From Callorhinchus milii (taxonomy: Eukaryota): DNA of 51,583 nt. The translations under genes and the position numbers were made by a program. The stretch spans positions 1 to 51,583 of the forward strand of contig NW_024705362.1 in the NCBI RefSeq assembly GCF_018977255.1, given 5' to 3'. A model generated the notes under the pieces. That model made no database searches. It worked only from the letters and a program-made list of their open reading frames with translations, and had not been told where the DNA came from. Shown piece by piece: positions 21,915 through 34,862 of the stretch (positions within the stretch are counted from its first letter, which is position 1; each line of letters begins with the position of its first letter).

Positions 21915-23559
21915 GTGAGACGCGGGCCACTGCAGGGCCCACCGGGGCGGCTCGGAGATGGGGATAAGGATTTGTAGATATAGGGCGCTCGCTGAAATAA
22001 ACTCGGCAACTCAAAGCGCCGTACAGCAACGTCTCATCTCAACCATTCCATTGCCCTGCGGCAGTCTCGCCTCCCCAATGGCAGCTGTTCCTGTTTGGCA
22101 CGTGGTGCGTGCACTAGCGGCCTGTGAATGGACATGTCTGCCAGTAGGGAGCGATGTTCGATTTTCCTACCTGGTTTTTCTTCGATAAAGTAATTTGCAA
22201 GTATTTTATCGGATTTGGCAAATCTGGAACATGATGTAGTTACACGTGGCCAATTAATTTTTTAAATACAGTGTCATGGGATTATTATCCTACATTGTGA
22301 AACAGACCACTTTGTTTATGGTGAATAAACTGGCTAAATTAACCAGGGTGTATGCTGGGCTTCGTGCAGTCACATTAACGCTGTTCACGTCGTACGCAAT
22401 GGACACTTCATTATTAGCATCACATCTGCCCCTGTTTGGCCCCTAGACCATTTTGAGAAGTCTTGTAAGGGCGGCGTATTACAGTTTGATTTTATATCGT
22501 CACGGCAAATATCCAATGGAAAACCACCCGTTCCGTGGGGGGCCTTCGCGCTGACACGGATCGGATGCGCCAGTGGAAAGGGCTGCTAGCAACTCGGCCG
22601 CCTCCAAACGAAAGAGAGAGGGTTCCAGGTCTCTGTTGTTTGCTGTCTGCTCTGCAGCTGCTGGCTGTGGACTGTGTTGTGGGGCAGCACTCATGCGTTC
22701 CTGCTGCAACCTTTTCACAACCCCGTGACCAACCTTTATGAAACTGGCGCAGAAAGCCAAGCCCGGTGGCGGCAGCGGCGGTGCCCATCGGTGCGCTGTA
22801 TTGTACGAGACGGCGCTGTGTGCTCGCGAATCGAGGTTTTGCAGCCCCTCCTAAGTGCCCCCCTCCTCACCCCTCTGGTCACCTCGTGATCTGCCTGACC
22901 GCCACGGGTCGCTCCTCAAAATTGTTGGGAGTTGGCGACAGACACTTGGGGTTCTTTAATTTTCACATCAAAGGGTCAGTGAGCATCACCAATATGCCAT
23001 TGGGAATGGAACTTAATAATTCAATGCTCAAAGCAAGTGATCGGGGAGCCAAACTGAAGATTGTGTGTGTAACACCCCTCTGGCAGTCCACTGCCTGATG
23101 AAGGTCTTGCCACGTTGCTTTGGTCATGGGGGTTGTTGCACCAAACTTCACCACGCTTGGTGAAGGGGGCGGGGATTAGGCTCAGGACTGGTTCAGATAT
23201 CAGTCACCACTGACGTTAGCCATGGCTAGGAATCCAACTCGGATCGCCGCGTTAGTATCGCAATGCACCAAACATTGCAGCAGTGCTTCAGAAATCATTC
23301 CGAAGTTGCTTGATATTGCACACAGTTTGAATAAACCATCATTACTTCAGGAAATATATTTTGATTTTAAATTAAACTTTGTACATGCTGTGATCGTAAT
23401 AAAGTGCGATACATCGGTTAAATCGATTAATATTTATTATTAAGCTGACAATTCATGTATTGCATTACACGTGTAAGAATCAACATTTTAAAAACTGTAT
23501 CCCTTTTTATTTTAATCGTTGCACATTGCCACTGCAGACAGTCGACATTCTCAGTGTAA

Positions 23560-23900
23560 GTTCAAAAGAACTGACAAACACCTTGTGAAAAACCCAACGC
23601 AGAAGATTACTGGGTTTGATATTCCACGAAGCTCATGGTCCACCCAAAACTGCATCCGCACAAACATGGCAGATGCGGATACCTGATGCACAAATGGAAA
23701 ATGTAAAACTCTCCAGTATTTGACTGTGGTCATCCAGAACAGATCGTACAACGTGAAACGACGCAATAGAAAATGAAAGTCAAGCCACAGTGCGATTGTG
23801 ACCATGCAACCCAAGCGACGCACGACATCGTAAACCACTGTCGTCTGTGCTCCTTCAACGGGGTAGGAATAGTAAACCGACACGAGGTTTCTCCTGAAGC
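23560..23900 (+). mobile_element. Ingi/Vingi-like non-LTR retrotransposon C-terminal remnant
   Basis: Frameshifted GFDIPRSSWSTQNCIRT/HGRCGYLMHKWK..SPVFDCGHPEQ...HDIVNHC (CCHC-type tail). Confidence 0.55.
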
Positions 23901-24399
23901 CCTCTCGTCGTGACCAGCAGACCTCGGACATTGCCATGTGGCTCCTGAACATGTTGCCCTCATGCGCAAGAATAGAATTCCTTGTAAAAGGTTTCAGTTT
24001 GGTGTTTTAATATCTTAACACCTGTTTTGATGCCAGAAAAAAGGGGGAAACCAATGCTCATAAAACCAGACGGTTTGCTGTGCAAGGAGATTGTGAGTTT
24101 TTTTTTTTTTCTAATACTTTTCATAACTGATTAAAGAATAGAGATTGGTCTTTAATTCTTATGATCTTCTTTGGAGCCATTTTTTATATTCCGGGCAAAA
24201 CGAGTAAATTTCAACTCGTGTGGAAATGTACCTTCAGTGAGTTGAGAGGTTGACAATGTGTGTGGGGAGTGCATAGATGAGATCTGACACAGCCACAAGT
24301 GCAAACGCAGGTAGCTCGTCTTCTCCCATGGATGACAATGTCTTCATTGATGCGAGCATATTCAGTACATCCAGTTCAAATATGGGACTGAACTAGAAG

Positions 24400-24715
24400 T
24401 CGGGTGAAACCCAGTGCCGTACCCGATACACCGGACATTGACCTTCACCGCCTGATGAGTATCTCATGGCCGATGGTGTCGAAGGCAGCTGAGAGTTCGA
24501 GGTCAACCAACGCTGTGGCGCACCGGTCTACCATGATCTTGTAGAGGTCATCTGTTGTCTTTAATAGAGCCATGTAAGTGCTGTGGAACTTACGGTAAGC
24601 CGACTGCAACGGCATGAATCTGCCCATCGCAGTGACATGGGAAAGTAATTGCTTCCGACAAAGGCGTTCTATGACCTTTTAAATCGTACTCAGGTTTGAG
24701 AACGGGGACAGTTTG
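24400..24715 (-). mobile_element. L2/CR1 RT fragment
   Basis: LQSAYRKFHST..ALLK...DLELSAAFDTIGHEILI. Confidence 0.8.
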
Positions 24716-25376
24716 CATTCATGATCCTGAATCATGACAATTCCTTGACTCTCCGGCAGTAGTGAATCGTTCCAACCATCGGTAGGAATCGTGTATATGT
24801 GTGTACGTGTATAAACAGCCGTACCCATTGGCTTCTGTTATGGTCACGTACGTTTCTTTTTTATATCGTGGAATATCACTTGCTGTACTCCACGAGGTGA
24901 GTGTATAGATAGGAATCATGTTATGTAGAGAATATGAATCTAATTCAGTACCTCGATATGTCTCCCACAGACGAGCGGGGAGACAGCAGCCAGGCGGTGA
25001 GCCGGCACTACCAACAATCGCCCAAGCTCTGCGGTTCTCTTTACATTCCGATATTTGCAGTGTTTACATGTGGGGGGAAACCAGTACACTCGCAGAAAAC
25101 GTACGAATGTGAGCATGGGGGCAACGTTCTATCCCGTGCAGATGGAAAGGATTCCACAGTTGTGTTCCACTGCCTCCTGGCAAGCCAGGGTATGACTCAT
25201 CCTAGATGCCCACCTGAATGGAGATTGCAAACTTGCAATTTAATTTCCTAAGATTATTTATATTATGGGGTAGGCAGTGACAAAGCCCCTCACTCACTTA
25301 ACACGAACATGCGGTCCAGTGCATTGTACGTGGAGGGATACTCGCTTTCCAAAATGTATGAACGTGTGTTGAACTT

Positions 25377-25657
25377 AAATCTTGACTTAGAGCTTTCGTC
25401 ACTGCAGGAATTCATATTCTTTGGGTCTTTCGGTAGAGTCACGTAGATAGAACAATAAAATACAAAAAATAAAGTGAATACAAAATAATTTAAAAAATAT
25501 CACGACGTTTCGATCGCAACACAAGGCAATCGTCATAATTTTTCTCCTGATGACGATAGCTTGTGTTGCGATCGAAACGTATTTTTTCACTTTATTTTCA
25601 TTTTTTTATTATTTTATTGTTCTATCTACGTGACTTTACCAAAAGACCCAAAGAATA
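25377..25657. mobile_element. Fold-back PLE-terminus insertion
   Basis: TSD TGTGTTGAACTT (25365-25376 / 25658-25669); two partial hammerheads head to head; related empty site at ~18600-18646. Confidence 0.88.
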
Positions 25658-26584
25658 TGTGTTGAACTTCTTTCGCAGTGTACGTAGCCAACCGTGCTAA
25701 TCAGTGGTACATTAACACCTCGCCACAAAAGCCCTGTCAAATGAATCAGGCGCAAGGTTTGCGTGATTAATGCTTACAAAGTGGGGTCTATAATGAACAA
25801 TATGGCTGAAGCTCGAGTTCTGTTCATTTAAAACCAAACGTGTTTATTACCAACCATACCTGGTGTTTGCACACAGATGCAGATTATGGGCGATGCGTTC
25901 TGCACCATTTGGAATGTGCTGTTGCAATGTGCAGCCACAGCTGCTGCAAAAATATTTGTCTCGGTTTGATCCACTGAACAATATCCACCGACCACACCGC
26001 ACGCGCAACAATGATATAACTATGAACAAAAATATTAATGAATTAGGACGGTTTATTAAATATATTGTACGTAAGAAAATACAGCAATAGACGTAAAAAT
26101 ACATGGCAGTTTAACACGTAGGCTTTCGCAACCAATATCATCCATAATACAGGTTTTTTGTGTTGGATCGCGTACATATATAAATGTGTCGTTAAACCCG
26201 CCACCACCTGACAGCCAGTTAGTAAGGGTTGTCACGTAAACAAACATGTCAAGTCGTCACTAGTACAGCACACCGGTGTGTTGGAGAGCCAAGCCACAAC
26301 ATTTACAATTGGAGTACGACGTTTCAGTACTTATAACTAGCTTCATCAGGCAACAGCCAGATTTGGGAGAAGTCCACCTGTTTCGTTCCTAATATAGAGG
26401 CGTAGATGTGATGACAACACTTGTGCGCTCTTCTAGCGCAAAGTTGGGGGGGGGATTAATGAATCAACGTACATTATACATGCACATTATGCAAGCCCAT
26501 TGATCTTGTACTTATGTAGGGGGTTAAACTCAGGCGCACACTGGAACTTGGGAGGCAACACTATTAGATAACATAACCATTCTA

Positions 26585-27258
26585 TAAGCCTTTGTGTCTC
26601 GAGAGACAATTCTTTTGCACTTTACGAGGTCAGCTGTAGGTTTTGCAGCGCCTAGAATGACTTAGTAGGCCAATCCTTGAGTGGCAATCCTTGCCACAGC
26701 AATTGCAAGTGAATGTGGTGGCAGCTCCAGAGGTGTTTGTTGCTTGTTCTTTACGTCGCTCCCTCTTGGTCTGCCAAGCAGTGTGTCTTTTCTCCTCGCC
26801 TCTCCTGAGGCCTGTTTTCACAGCCTGCTGCCAAGCTGAGTCGGTCGCCGGCAGTTTTCTCCCAGTCATTTGGGTTGATGTCGCAGCTCTTCATGGCCCG
26901 TTTACAGACATCTTTGAAGTGCAGGACTGGGCGACCAGTGACCCGTGTGCCTGATGCCAGCTCGCCGTACAAGACATCCTTGGGTATTCTGCCATCCTGC
27001 ATGCGGCGCACGTGTCCAAGCCATCTCAGACGCCTATGATTGAGTAGAGAGTACATACTGGGAATGTTGGCCAAGTTGAGGACTGAGGTGTTGGGAATGC
27101 GATCTTGCCATCTTATACCGAGGATGCGCCTGAGACATCGGAGGTGGAATGTGTTTAGTCGATGTTCTTGATGGGCGTATGTTGTCCAGGACTCGGACCC
27201 ATAGAGGAGGGTGCTAAGGACGCAGGCCCGATACACCTCTACTTTGGTGTTGAGCGTT
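26585..27258 (-). mobile_element. RTE (BovB-like) LINE 3' fragment
   Basis: VYRACVLSTLLYGSESWT...LRWLGHVRRM.DGRIPKDVLYGEL...RP and C-terminal CNCCGKDCHSRIGLLSH; one frameshift. Confidence 0.9.
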
Positions 27259-27805
27259 AACATAACAATTAACACTTAACATGACGACTTAAGGTGGTAG
27301 CCACCTTTTCTAACTTAACTAATACACGAGGATATTACATTACTGGACCAGGACAGCCCGACACTCTGCCTGGTCCACTAGCGGAGACCGGAGAGCTTCA
27401 TCCCAGAGATGACCCAGCAGCATAGCAGAACAGCGCAGACCAGCCCAGCTCTCCGTCCACACACCGCTTATAACCACTCCGGCGTGGCCAGCCCCGCCCC
27501 AGGCCACGCCCCCCTTCCGATCCTTTGGGAAGGCCCGAACCCCAACCCCGTGACTCCCTTGGGGCCCTGGCCCCCTTTATCGGTCACGTGTCCTGTTGGG
27601 TTCACGCAGAGTGTCACGGCCTGACACGACCCCCGTGACACCTGCCTACGGCCCCCATACTGGGCCAATACAGTAGTGTCGTTCTACAACACGACACTTA
27701 GTGTCCATTGTGTGTACTAAAATAGCCGTACCAACGGTAATTTGATGATTCACTTCCATGCAGCACGAAGTCAGTAGCTATCCAAACGATTACAATGATA
27801 ATTTT

Positions 27806-28075
27806 GATTTAAAGCTTTCGTGACTGCAGGGTTCTTTCGGTAAAGTCACGTAGAAGGGAAATAATCAAAAAATTTTTTACTAATACAATAAAATTATCAC
27901 GACGTTTCGGCTACAACACAAGCAGCCGTCCTCAGGTGAAGAACAGAGCGGTCGGAAAAATAGCGTCCTAATGAACACTGCTAAGCTTGGCAGCGTATTT
28001 TAAGCTAGGTGGGAGGAGCAGAGTGCCTTGACAAAGGAGTTTAGATATCAACAGAGGAATTAGCATATTGACGCT
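27806..28075 (-). mobile_element. PLE terminus, same family as 685-950
   Basis: Shared terminus and the CCTTGACAAAGGA...GAGGAAT(T)TAGCATAT segment. Confidence 0.85.
27897..27939 (-). ncRNA. Minimal type-I hammerhead ribozyme
   Basis: UCAC CUGAGGA c GGCUGC uuguguu GUAGCC GAAACGUC GUGA, with fully paired stems. Confidence 0.85.
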
Positions 28076-28195
28076 AAAGAACTGCAACTATCCTATGACC
28101 ATATTTCAGATTTATTTGGTGTTCTTTTAGTCTCGTGCTGATCATTCGTCCTGTTTGCCCAACATAGCATTCGGTAATAGAACAGCAAAGACATA

Positions 28196-29220
28196 TTAAT
28201 AGTCCCTTTCGTGGGTTTCCATATGTCTTCTGAATTTGCCTGGCTGATCAAAGTTTCGTCCGCAGATGCCACACCATTGGTCAGGGGTCTCCTTGTGCGT
28301 TCTCATGTGGGACTCTAGGCATGATGGCAGTTGAAATGCTTTCCCACAGACTTGGCAAGAGATTTGTTTTCTCACTCTAGTGACTATCGGAGTGAGGTGG
28401 AGTCGAGACGGGCGCTGGTGAGGCGTGGCATTTCCCAGCGTGCGCCTTCGTTCCATGCGCGGTTGCTGTGATAGCAATAACTTCGTTGCACGCAGGTGCG
28501 CCCTTTGCAGAAAGTGCCATTGTCTGCAACTCTGCCTCCTCACCACCAGGACTCGACAAGCTGCTGCTGTTGCCATCCATGGCAAAGGCAATTCTCCCAG
28601 CACCATGACTCGCAGCCGAGTCGCTCTCACACATCTTCAACACCGCATTGGCAAAATTGTCGTCATTCACTATGCCATGTGCGCCCTTGACACGGAGTTC
28701 TTTCCGTGGGTCTCCATGTGCCTTCTGAGTTTGTCGGGCTGATCAAAGCTTTGATCGCAGATGTTGCAGCTTTGACCACCAGTCTTGTGCATTCTCATGT
28801 GGGACTCTAGGCACCATGCCAGTTGGAATGTTTTCCTGCAGACGTCGCAAGAGATTCGTTTTCTCACTCTAGTGACTCTATCGGAGTGAGGTAGGGTCGA
28901 GACGGTTGCTGGTGAAGTGCCATCGATGGTAAAGGAAATTCTTCCAGCACCATGACTCACAGCCGAGTTGCTGGCTGATCAAATCTTCGTCCGCATATGC
29001 CGCACCATTGGTCATGGGTCTCCTTGTGCGTTTTCACGTGGGATTCTAGGCACCATGCCAGTTGGAATTTTTTCCCACAAACGTCACAAGAGATTAGTTT
29101 TTTCCCTCTAGTAACTCTATCGGATTGAGGTGGGGTTAAGATGGGTTCTGGTGAAGCGCCATCGATGGTAAAGGAAATTCTTCCAGCACCATGACTCACA
29201 GCCGAGTTGCTCTCGGACAT
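28196..29220 (-). pseudogene. C2H2 ZF exon, array copy 1 (three internal modules, frameshifted)
   Basis: Acceptor TTTCAG|ATGTCCGAG; modules SHGAGRI...CxxC...HxxxH pairs; deletion junction at ~28970 shifts the frame; ends HMETHERDY*. Confidence 0.85.
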
Positions 29221-29288
29221 CTGAAACAAAAGACAAAGGTCAAGCGCATTACACCTGTGTCATATGTGGACTCACAAATGCATACATA

Positions 29289-29816
29289 TGTAACGGCGTA
29301 AGTAGCGCAGGAGACGTTTGACGGAGGCAACACGTATTTATTAATAAATGGGTACTATACAGTACGTAGCGCACCCTAACACAGGAAGGGGTAACGGCCC
29401 CTTCACCCGGTCTATCCGAGGCAGTGTCCCTCGGCTAACGTTTCCCCGTTAGCTCCTACACTCCTCTAACCCAGACCATCCTAGTAGAGGCTAACTGACC
29501 TGGCCCAGCTTCGGCTCAGATCCGACCCTCAGCCACACGAGCCTGGCCCTCACAAGGACACAGACCTCGCTGCTCTGAGGTCGCCCCTGGCTTGCCCTGC
29601 TCGGCTCTTATAAGAGCAGCGAGTCAGGGTAGTCCCAGGGCTAGCTAGCTGGTCGTCAGTCTTCACTGGTTCTTCTGCTCCAACGACTGCCTCGAGCTCT
29701 CTCGCGCACCGCCTTATATACCCAACTGCCCCCCGAGGGGCGGGGCTGTATGCGGACGTTGATGTAGACACCCCAACGTAACGGCTTGCTACACCCCTGT
29801 ACGTAATACCTCTACA
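29289..29816 (-). mobile_element. Solo LTR with TSD CATA (copies at 31155-31681 and 33020-33547)
   Basis: TGTAAC...TCTACA flanked by CATA. Absent from the paralogous intron at ~11440-11450. Shares TATGCGGACGT.GATGT with the LTR at 8150-8755. Confidence 0.88.
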
Positions 29817-29972
29817 CATAAGGTGACACGATTCATTATAACAGATTCATTATAACAGAACTCCTCAATAGTGCAGATCCTATCTATTTTACTCCTTATC
29901 CACCCAAATAAGTACCCTTTGGTTCTTTTGGTAAAGTCACGTAGGTAGAAAAATAAAATGAAAAATAATATA

Positions 29973-30015
29973 TCACGACATTTCGATCGCAATACAAGCA
30001 GTCGTCCTCAGGCGA
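29973..30015 (-). ncRNA. Hammerhead variant, one per array unit (also 31838-31880 and 33704-33746)
   Basis: UCGC CUGAGGA c GACUGC uuguauu GCGAUC GAAAUGUC GUGA. Core intact; stem III is AUGU rather than ACGU. Confidence 0.65.
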
Positions 30016-30159
30016 AAAAATTATCCAGCAGTAGAACTGCTGAACCAGTGAGTGAGCTGTTACTACAAGAGGTTAAATATGTGGCGAAGGGCAAGCAGGT
30101 GGGGTCTGAGCTGGCAAGGAATTCCATCCCCGGATGCAAGCATGTCAGTTGTGTTAATG

Positions 30160-31086
30160 GTGCGTTCTCATGTGGGACTCGAGGCATGATGGTAGTTAAA
30201 ATGCTTTCCCACAGACTTGGCAAGAGATTTGTTTTCTCACTCTAGTGACTATCGGAGTGAGGTGGAGTCGAGACGGGCGCAGGTGAGGCGTGGCATTTCC
30301 CAGCGTGCGCCTTCGTTCCATGCGCGGTTGCTGTGATAGCAATAACTTCATTGCACGCAGGTGCGCCCTTTGCAGAAAGTGCCATTGTCTGCAACTCTGC
30401 CTCCTCACCACCAGGACTCGACAAGCTGCTGCTGTTGCCATCCATGGCAAAGGCAATTCTCCCAGCACCATGACTCGCAGCCGAGTCGCTCTCACACATC
30501 TTCAACACCGCATTGGCAAAATTTCGTCATTCACTATGCCACGTGCGCCCCTTGACACGGGAGTTCTTTCCGTGCGTCTCCATGTGCCTTCTGAGTTTGT
30601 CGGGATGATCAAAGCTTTGATCGCAGATGTTGCAGCTTTGACCACCAGTCTTGTGCATTCTCATGTGGGACTCTAGGCACCATGCCAGTTGGAATGTTTT
30701 CCTGCAGACGTCGCAAGAGATTCGTTTTCTCACGCTAGTGACTCTATCGGAGTGAGGTAGGGTTGAGACGGTTGCTGGTGAAGTGCCATCGATGGTAAAG
30801 GAAATTCTTCCAGCACCATGACTCACAGCCGAGTTGCTGGCTGATCAAATCTTCGTCCGCATATGCCGCACCATTGGTCATGGGTCTCCTTGTGCGTTTT
30901 CACGTGGGATTCTAGGCACCATGCCAGTTGGAATTTTTTCCCACAAACGTCACAAGAGATTAGTTTTTTCCCTCTAGTAACTCTATCGGATTGAGGTGGG
31001 GTTAAGATGGATTCTGGTGAAGCGCCATCGATGGTAAAGGAAATTCTTCCAGCACCATGACTCACAGCCGAGTTGCTCTCGGACAT
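30160..31086 (-). pseudogene. C2H2 ZF exon, array copy 2
   Basis: As copy 1, plus a premature stop (CGKAF*) and 3' truncation at the PLE fragment. Confidence 0.85.
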
Positions 31087-32024
31087 CTGAAACAAAAGAC
31101 AAAGGTCAAGCGCATTACACCTGTGTCATATGTGGACTCACAAATACATACATATGTAACGGCGTAAGTAGCGCAGGAGACGTTTGACGGAGGCAACACG
31201 TATTTATTAATAAATGGGTACTATACAGTACGTAGCGCACCCTAACACAGGAAGGGGTAACGGCCCCTTCACCCGGTCTATCCGAGGCAGTGTCCCTCGG
31301 CTAACGTTTCCCCGTTAGCTCCTACACTCCTCTAACCCAGACCATCCTAGTAGAGGCTAACTGACCTGGCCCAGCTTCGGCTCAGATCCGACCCTCAGCA
31401 CACGAGCCTGGCCCTCACAAGGACACAGACCTCGCTGCTCTGAGGTCGCCCCTGGCTTGCCCTGCTCGGCTCTTATAAGAGCAGCGAGTCAGGGTAGTCC
31501 CAGGGCTAGCTAGCTGGTCGTCAGTCTTCACTGGTTCTTCTGCTCCAACGACTGCCTCGAGCTCTCTCGCGCACCGCCTTATATACCCAACTGCCCCCCG
31601 AGGGGCGGGGCTGTATGCGGACATTGATGTAGACACCCCAACGTAACGGCTTGCTACACCCCTCTACGTAATACCTCTACACATAAGGTGACACGATTCA
31701 TTATAACAGATTCATTATAACAGAACTCCTCAATAGTGCAGATCCTATCTATTTTACTCCTTATCCACCCAAATAAGTACCCTTTGGTTCTTTTGGTAAA
31801 GTCACGTAGGTAGAAAAATAAAATGAAAAATAATATATCACGACATTTCGATCGCAATACAAGCAGTCGTCCTCAGGCGAAAAAATTATCCAGCAGTAGA
31901 ACTGCTGAACCAGTGAGTGAGCTGTTACTACAAGAGGTTAAATATGTGGCGAAGGGCAAGCAGGTGGGGTCTGAGCTGGCAAGGAATTCCATCCCCGGAT
32001 GCAAGCATGTCAGTTGTGTTAATG

Positions 32025-32951
32025 GTGCGTTCTCATGTGGGACTCGAGGCATGATGGTAGTTAAAATGCTTTCCCACAGACTTGGCAAGAGATTTGTTTT
32101 CTCACTCTAGTGACTATCGGAGTGAGGTGGAGTCGAGACGGGCGCAGGTGAGGCGTGGCATTTCCCAGCGTGCGCCTTCGTTCCATGCGCGGTTGCTGTG
32201 ATAGCAATAACTTCATTGCACGCAGGTGCGCCCTTTGCAGAAAGTGCCATTGTCTGCAACTCTGCCTCCTCACCACCAGGACTCGACAAGCTGCTGCTGT
32301 TGCCATCCATGGCAAAGGCAATTCTCCCAGCACCATGACTCGCAGCCGAGTCGCTCTCACACATCTTCAACACCGCATTGGCAAAATTTCGTCATTCACT
32401 ATGCCACGTGCGCCCCTTGACACGGGAGTTCTTTCCGTGGGTCTCCATGTGCCTTCTGAGTTTGTCGGGATGATCAAAGCTTTGATCGCAGATGTTGCAG
32501 CTTTGACCACCAGTCTTGTGCATTCTCATGTGGGACTCTAGGCACCATGCCAGTTGGAATGTTTTCCTGCAGACGTCGCAAGAGATTCGTTTTCTCACGC
32601 TAGTGACTCTATCGGAGTGAGGTAGGGTTGAGACGGTTGCTGGTGAAGTGCCATCGATGGTAAAGGAAATTCTTCCAGCACCATGACTCACAGCCGAGTT
32701 GCTGGCTGATCAAATCTTCGTCCGCATATGCCGCACCATTGGTCATGGGTCTCCTTGTGCGTTTTCACGTGGGATTCTAGGCACCATGCCAGTTGGAATT
32801 TTTTCCCACAAACGTCACAAGAGATTAGTTTTTTCCCTCTAGTAACTCTATCGGATTGAGGTGGGGTTAAGATGGATTCTGGTGAAGCGCCATCGATGGT
32901 AAAGGAAATTCTTCCAGCACCATGACTCACAGCCGAGTTGCTCTCGGACAT
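32025..32951 (-). pseudogene. C2H2 ZF exon, array copy 3
   Basis: Nearly identical to copy 2. Confidence 0.85.
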
Positions 32952-33890
32952 CTGAAACAAAAGACAAAGGTCAAGCGCATTACACCTGTGTCATATGTGG
33001 ACTCACAAATACATACATATGTAACGGCGTAAGTAGCGCAGGAGACGTTTGACGGAGGCAACACGTATTTATTAATAAATGGGTACTATACAGTACGTAG
33101 CGCACCCTAACACAGGAAGGGGTAACGGCCCCTTCACCCGGTCTATCCGAGGCAGTGTCCCTCGGCTAACGTTTCCCCGTTAGCTCCTACACTCCTCTAA
33201 CCCAGACCATCCTAGTAGAGGCTAACTGACCTGGCCCAGCTTCGGCTCAGATCCGACCCTCAGCTACACGAGCCTGGCCCTCACAAGGACACAGACCTCG
33301 CTGCTCTGAGGTCGCCCCTGGCTTGCCCTGCTCGGCTCTTATAAGAGCAGCGAGTCAGGGTAGTCCCAGGGCTAGCTAGCTGGTCGTCAGTCTTCACTGG
33401 TTCTTCTGCTCCAACGACTGCCTCGAGCTCTCTCGCGCACTGCCTTATATACCCAACTGCCCCCCGAGGGGCGGGGCTGTATGCGGACATTGATGTAGAC
33501 ACCCCAACGTAACGGCTTGCTACACCCCTGTACGTAATACCTCTACACATAAGGTGACACGATTCATTATAACAGATTCATTATAACAGAACTCCTCAAT
33601 AGTGCAGATCCTATCTATTTTACTCCTTATCCACCCAAATAAGTACCCTTTGGTTCTTTTGGTAAAGTCACGTAGGTAGAAAAATAAAATGAAAAATAAT
33701 ATATCACGACATTTCGATCGCAATACAAGCAGTCGTCCTCAGGCGAAAAAATTATCCAGCAGTAGAACTGCTGAACCAGTGAGTGAGCTGTTACTACAAG
33801 AGGTTAAATATGTGGCGAAGGGCAAGCAGGTGGGGTCTGAGCTGGCAAGGAATTCCATCCCCGGATGCAAGCATGTCAGTTGTGTTAATG

Positions 33891-34777
33891 GTGCGTTCTC
33901 ATGTGGGACTCGAGGCATGATGGTAGTTAAAATGCTTTCCCACAGACTTGGCAAGAGATTTGTTTTCTCACTCTAGTGACTATCGGAGTGAGGTGGAGTC
34001 GAGACGGGCGCAGGTGAGGCGTGGCATTTCCCAGCGTGCGCCTTCGTTCCATGCGCGGTTGCTGTGATAGCAATAACTTCATTGCACGCAGGTGCGCCCT
34101 TTGCAGAAAGTGCCATTGTCTGCAACTCTGCCTCCTCACCACCAGGACTCGACAAGCTGCTGCTGTTGCCATCCATGGCAAAGGCAATTCTCCCAGCACC
34201 ATGACTCGCAGCCGAGTCGCTCTCACACATCTTCAACACCGGCCTCATCCACCCCTTGACATCTTCGTCCCATGCCTCCATGTGCCTTCTGAGTTTGTCG
34301 GGATGATCAAAGCTTTGATCGCAGATGTTGCAGCTTTGACCACCAGTCTTCTGCATTCTCATGTGGGACTCTAGGCACCATGCCAGTTGGAATGTTTTCC
34401 TGCAGACGTCGCAAGAGATTCGTTCTCTCGGACTCTATCGGTGTGAGGTAGGGTTGAGACGGTTGCTGGTGAAGTGCCATCGATGGTAAAGGAAATTCTT
34501 CCAGCACCATGACTCACAGCCGAGTTGCTGGCTGATCAAATCTTCGTCCGCATATGCCGCACCATTGGTCATGGGTCTCCTTGTGCGTTTTCACGTGGGA
34601 TTCTAGGCACCATGCCAGTTGGAATTTTTTCCCACAAACGTCACAAGAGATTAGTTTTTTCCCTCTAGTAACTCTATCGGATTGAGGTGGGGTTAAGATG
34701 GATTCTGGTGAAGCGCCATCGATGGTAAAGGAAATTCTTCCAGCACCATGACTCACAGCCGAGTTGCTCTCGGACAT
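33891..34777 (-). pseudogene. C2H2 ZF exon, array copy 4
   Basis: As copies 2 and 3, with extra deletions and divergence at ~34240-34440. Confidence 0.8.
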
Positions 34778-34832
34778 CTGAAACAAAAGACAAAGGTCAA
34801 GCGCATTACACCTGTGTCATATGTGGACTCAC

Positions 34833-34862
34833 NNNNNNNNNNNNNNNNNNNNNNNNNNNNNN
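34833..34862. other. Assembly gap (30 N)
   Basis: Run of n characters. Confidence 1.

Larger units (their letters stand above)
28196..34832 (-). repeat. Tandem array, ~1865-bp unit x ~3.5 (ZF exon + intron + solo LTR + PLE terminus with hammerhead), truncated by the gap
   Basis: Near-identical 90-aa ORFs at 28957, 30823, 32688 and 34514 (periods 1866, 1865, 1826). Confidence 0.97.

Noticed and set aside
27280..27672. Possible further LTR fragment
   Set aside because: LTR-like composition and a TACA end, but no matching start or TSD found.
34240..34285. Divergent patch restoring a 129-aa frame in array copy 4
   Set aside because: Close to the contig end and could be low-quality consensus; cannot be supported without reads.
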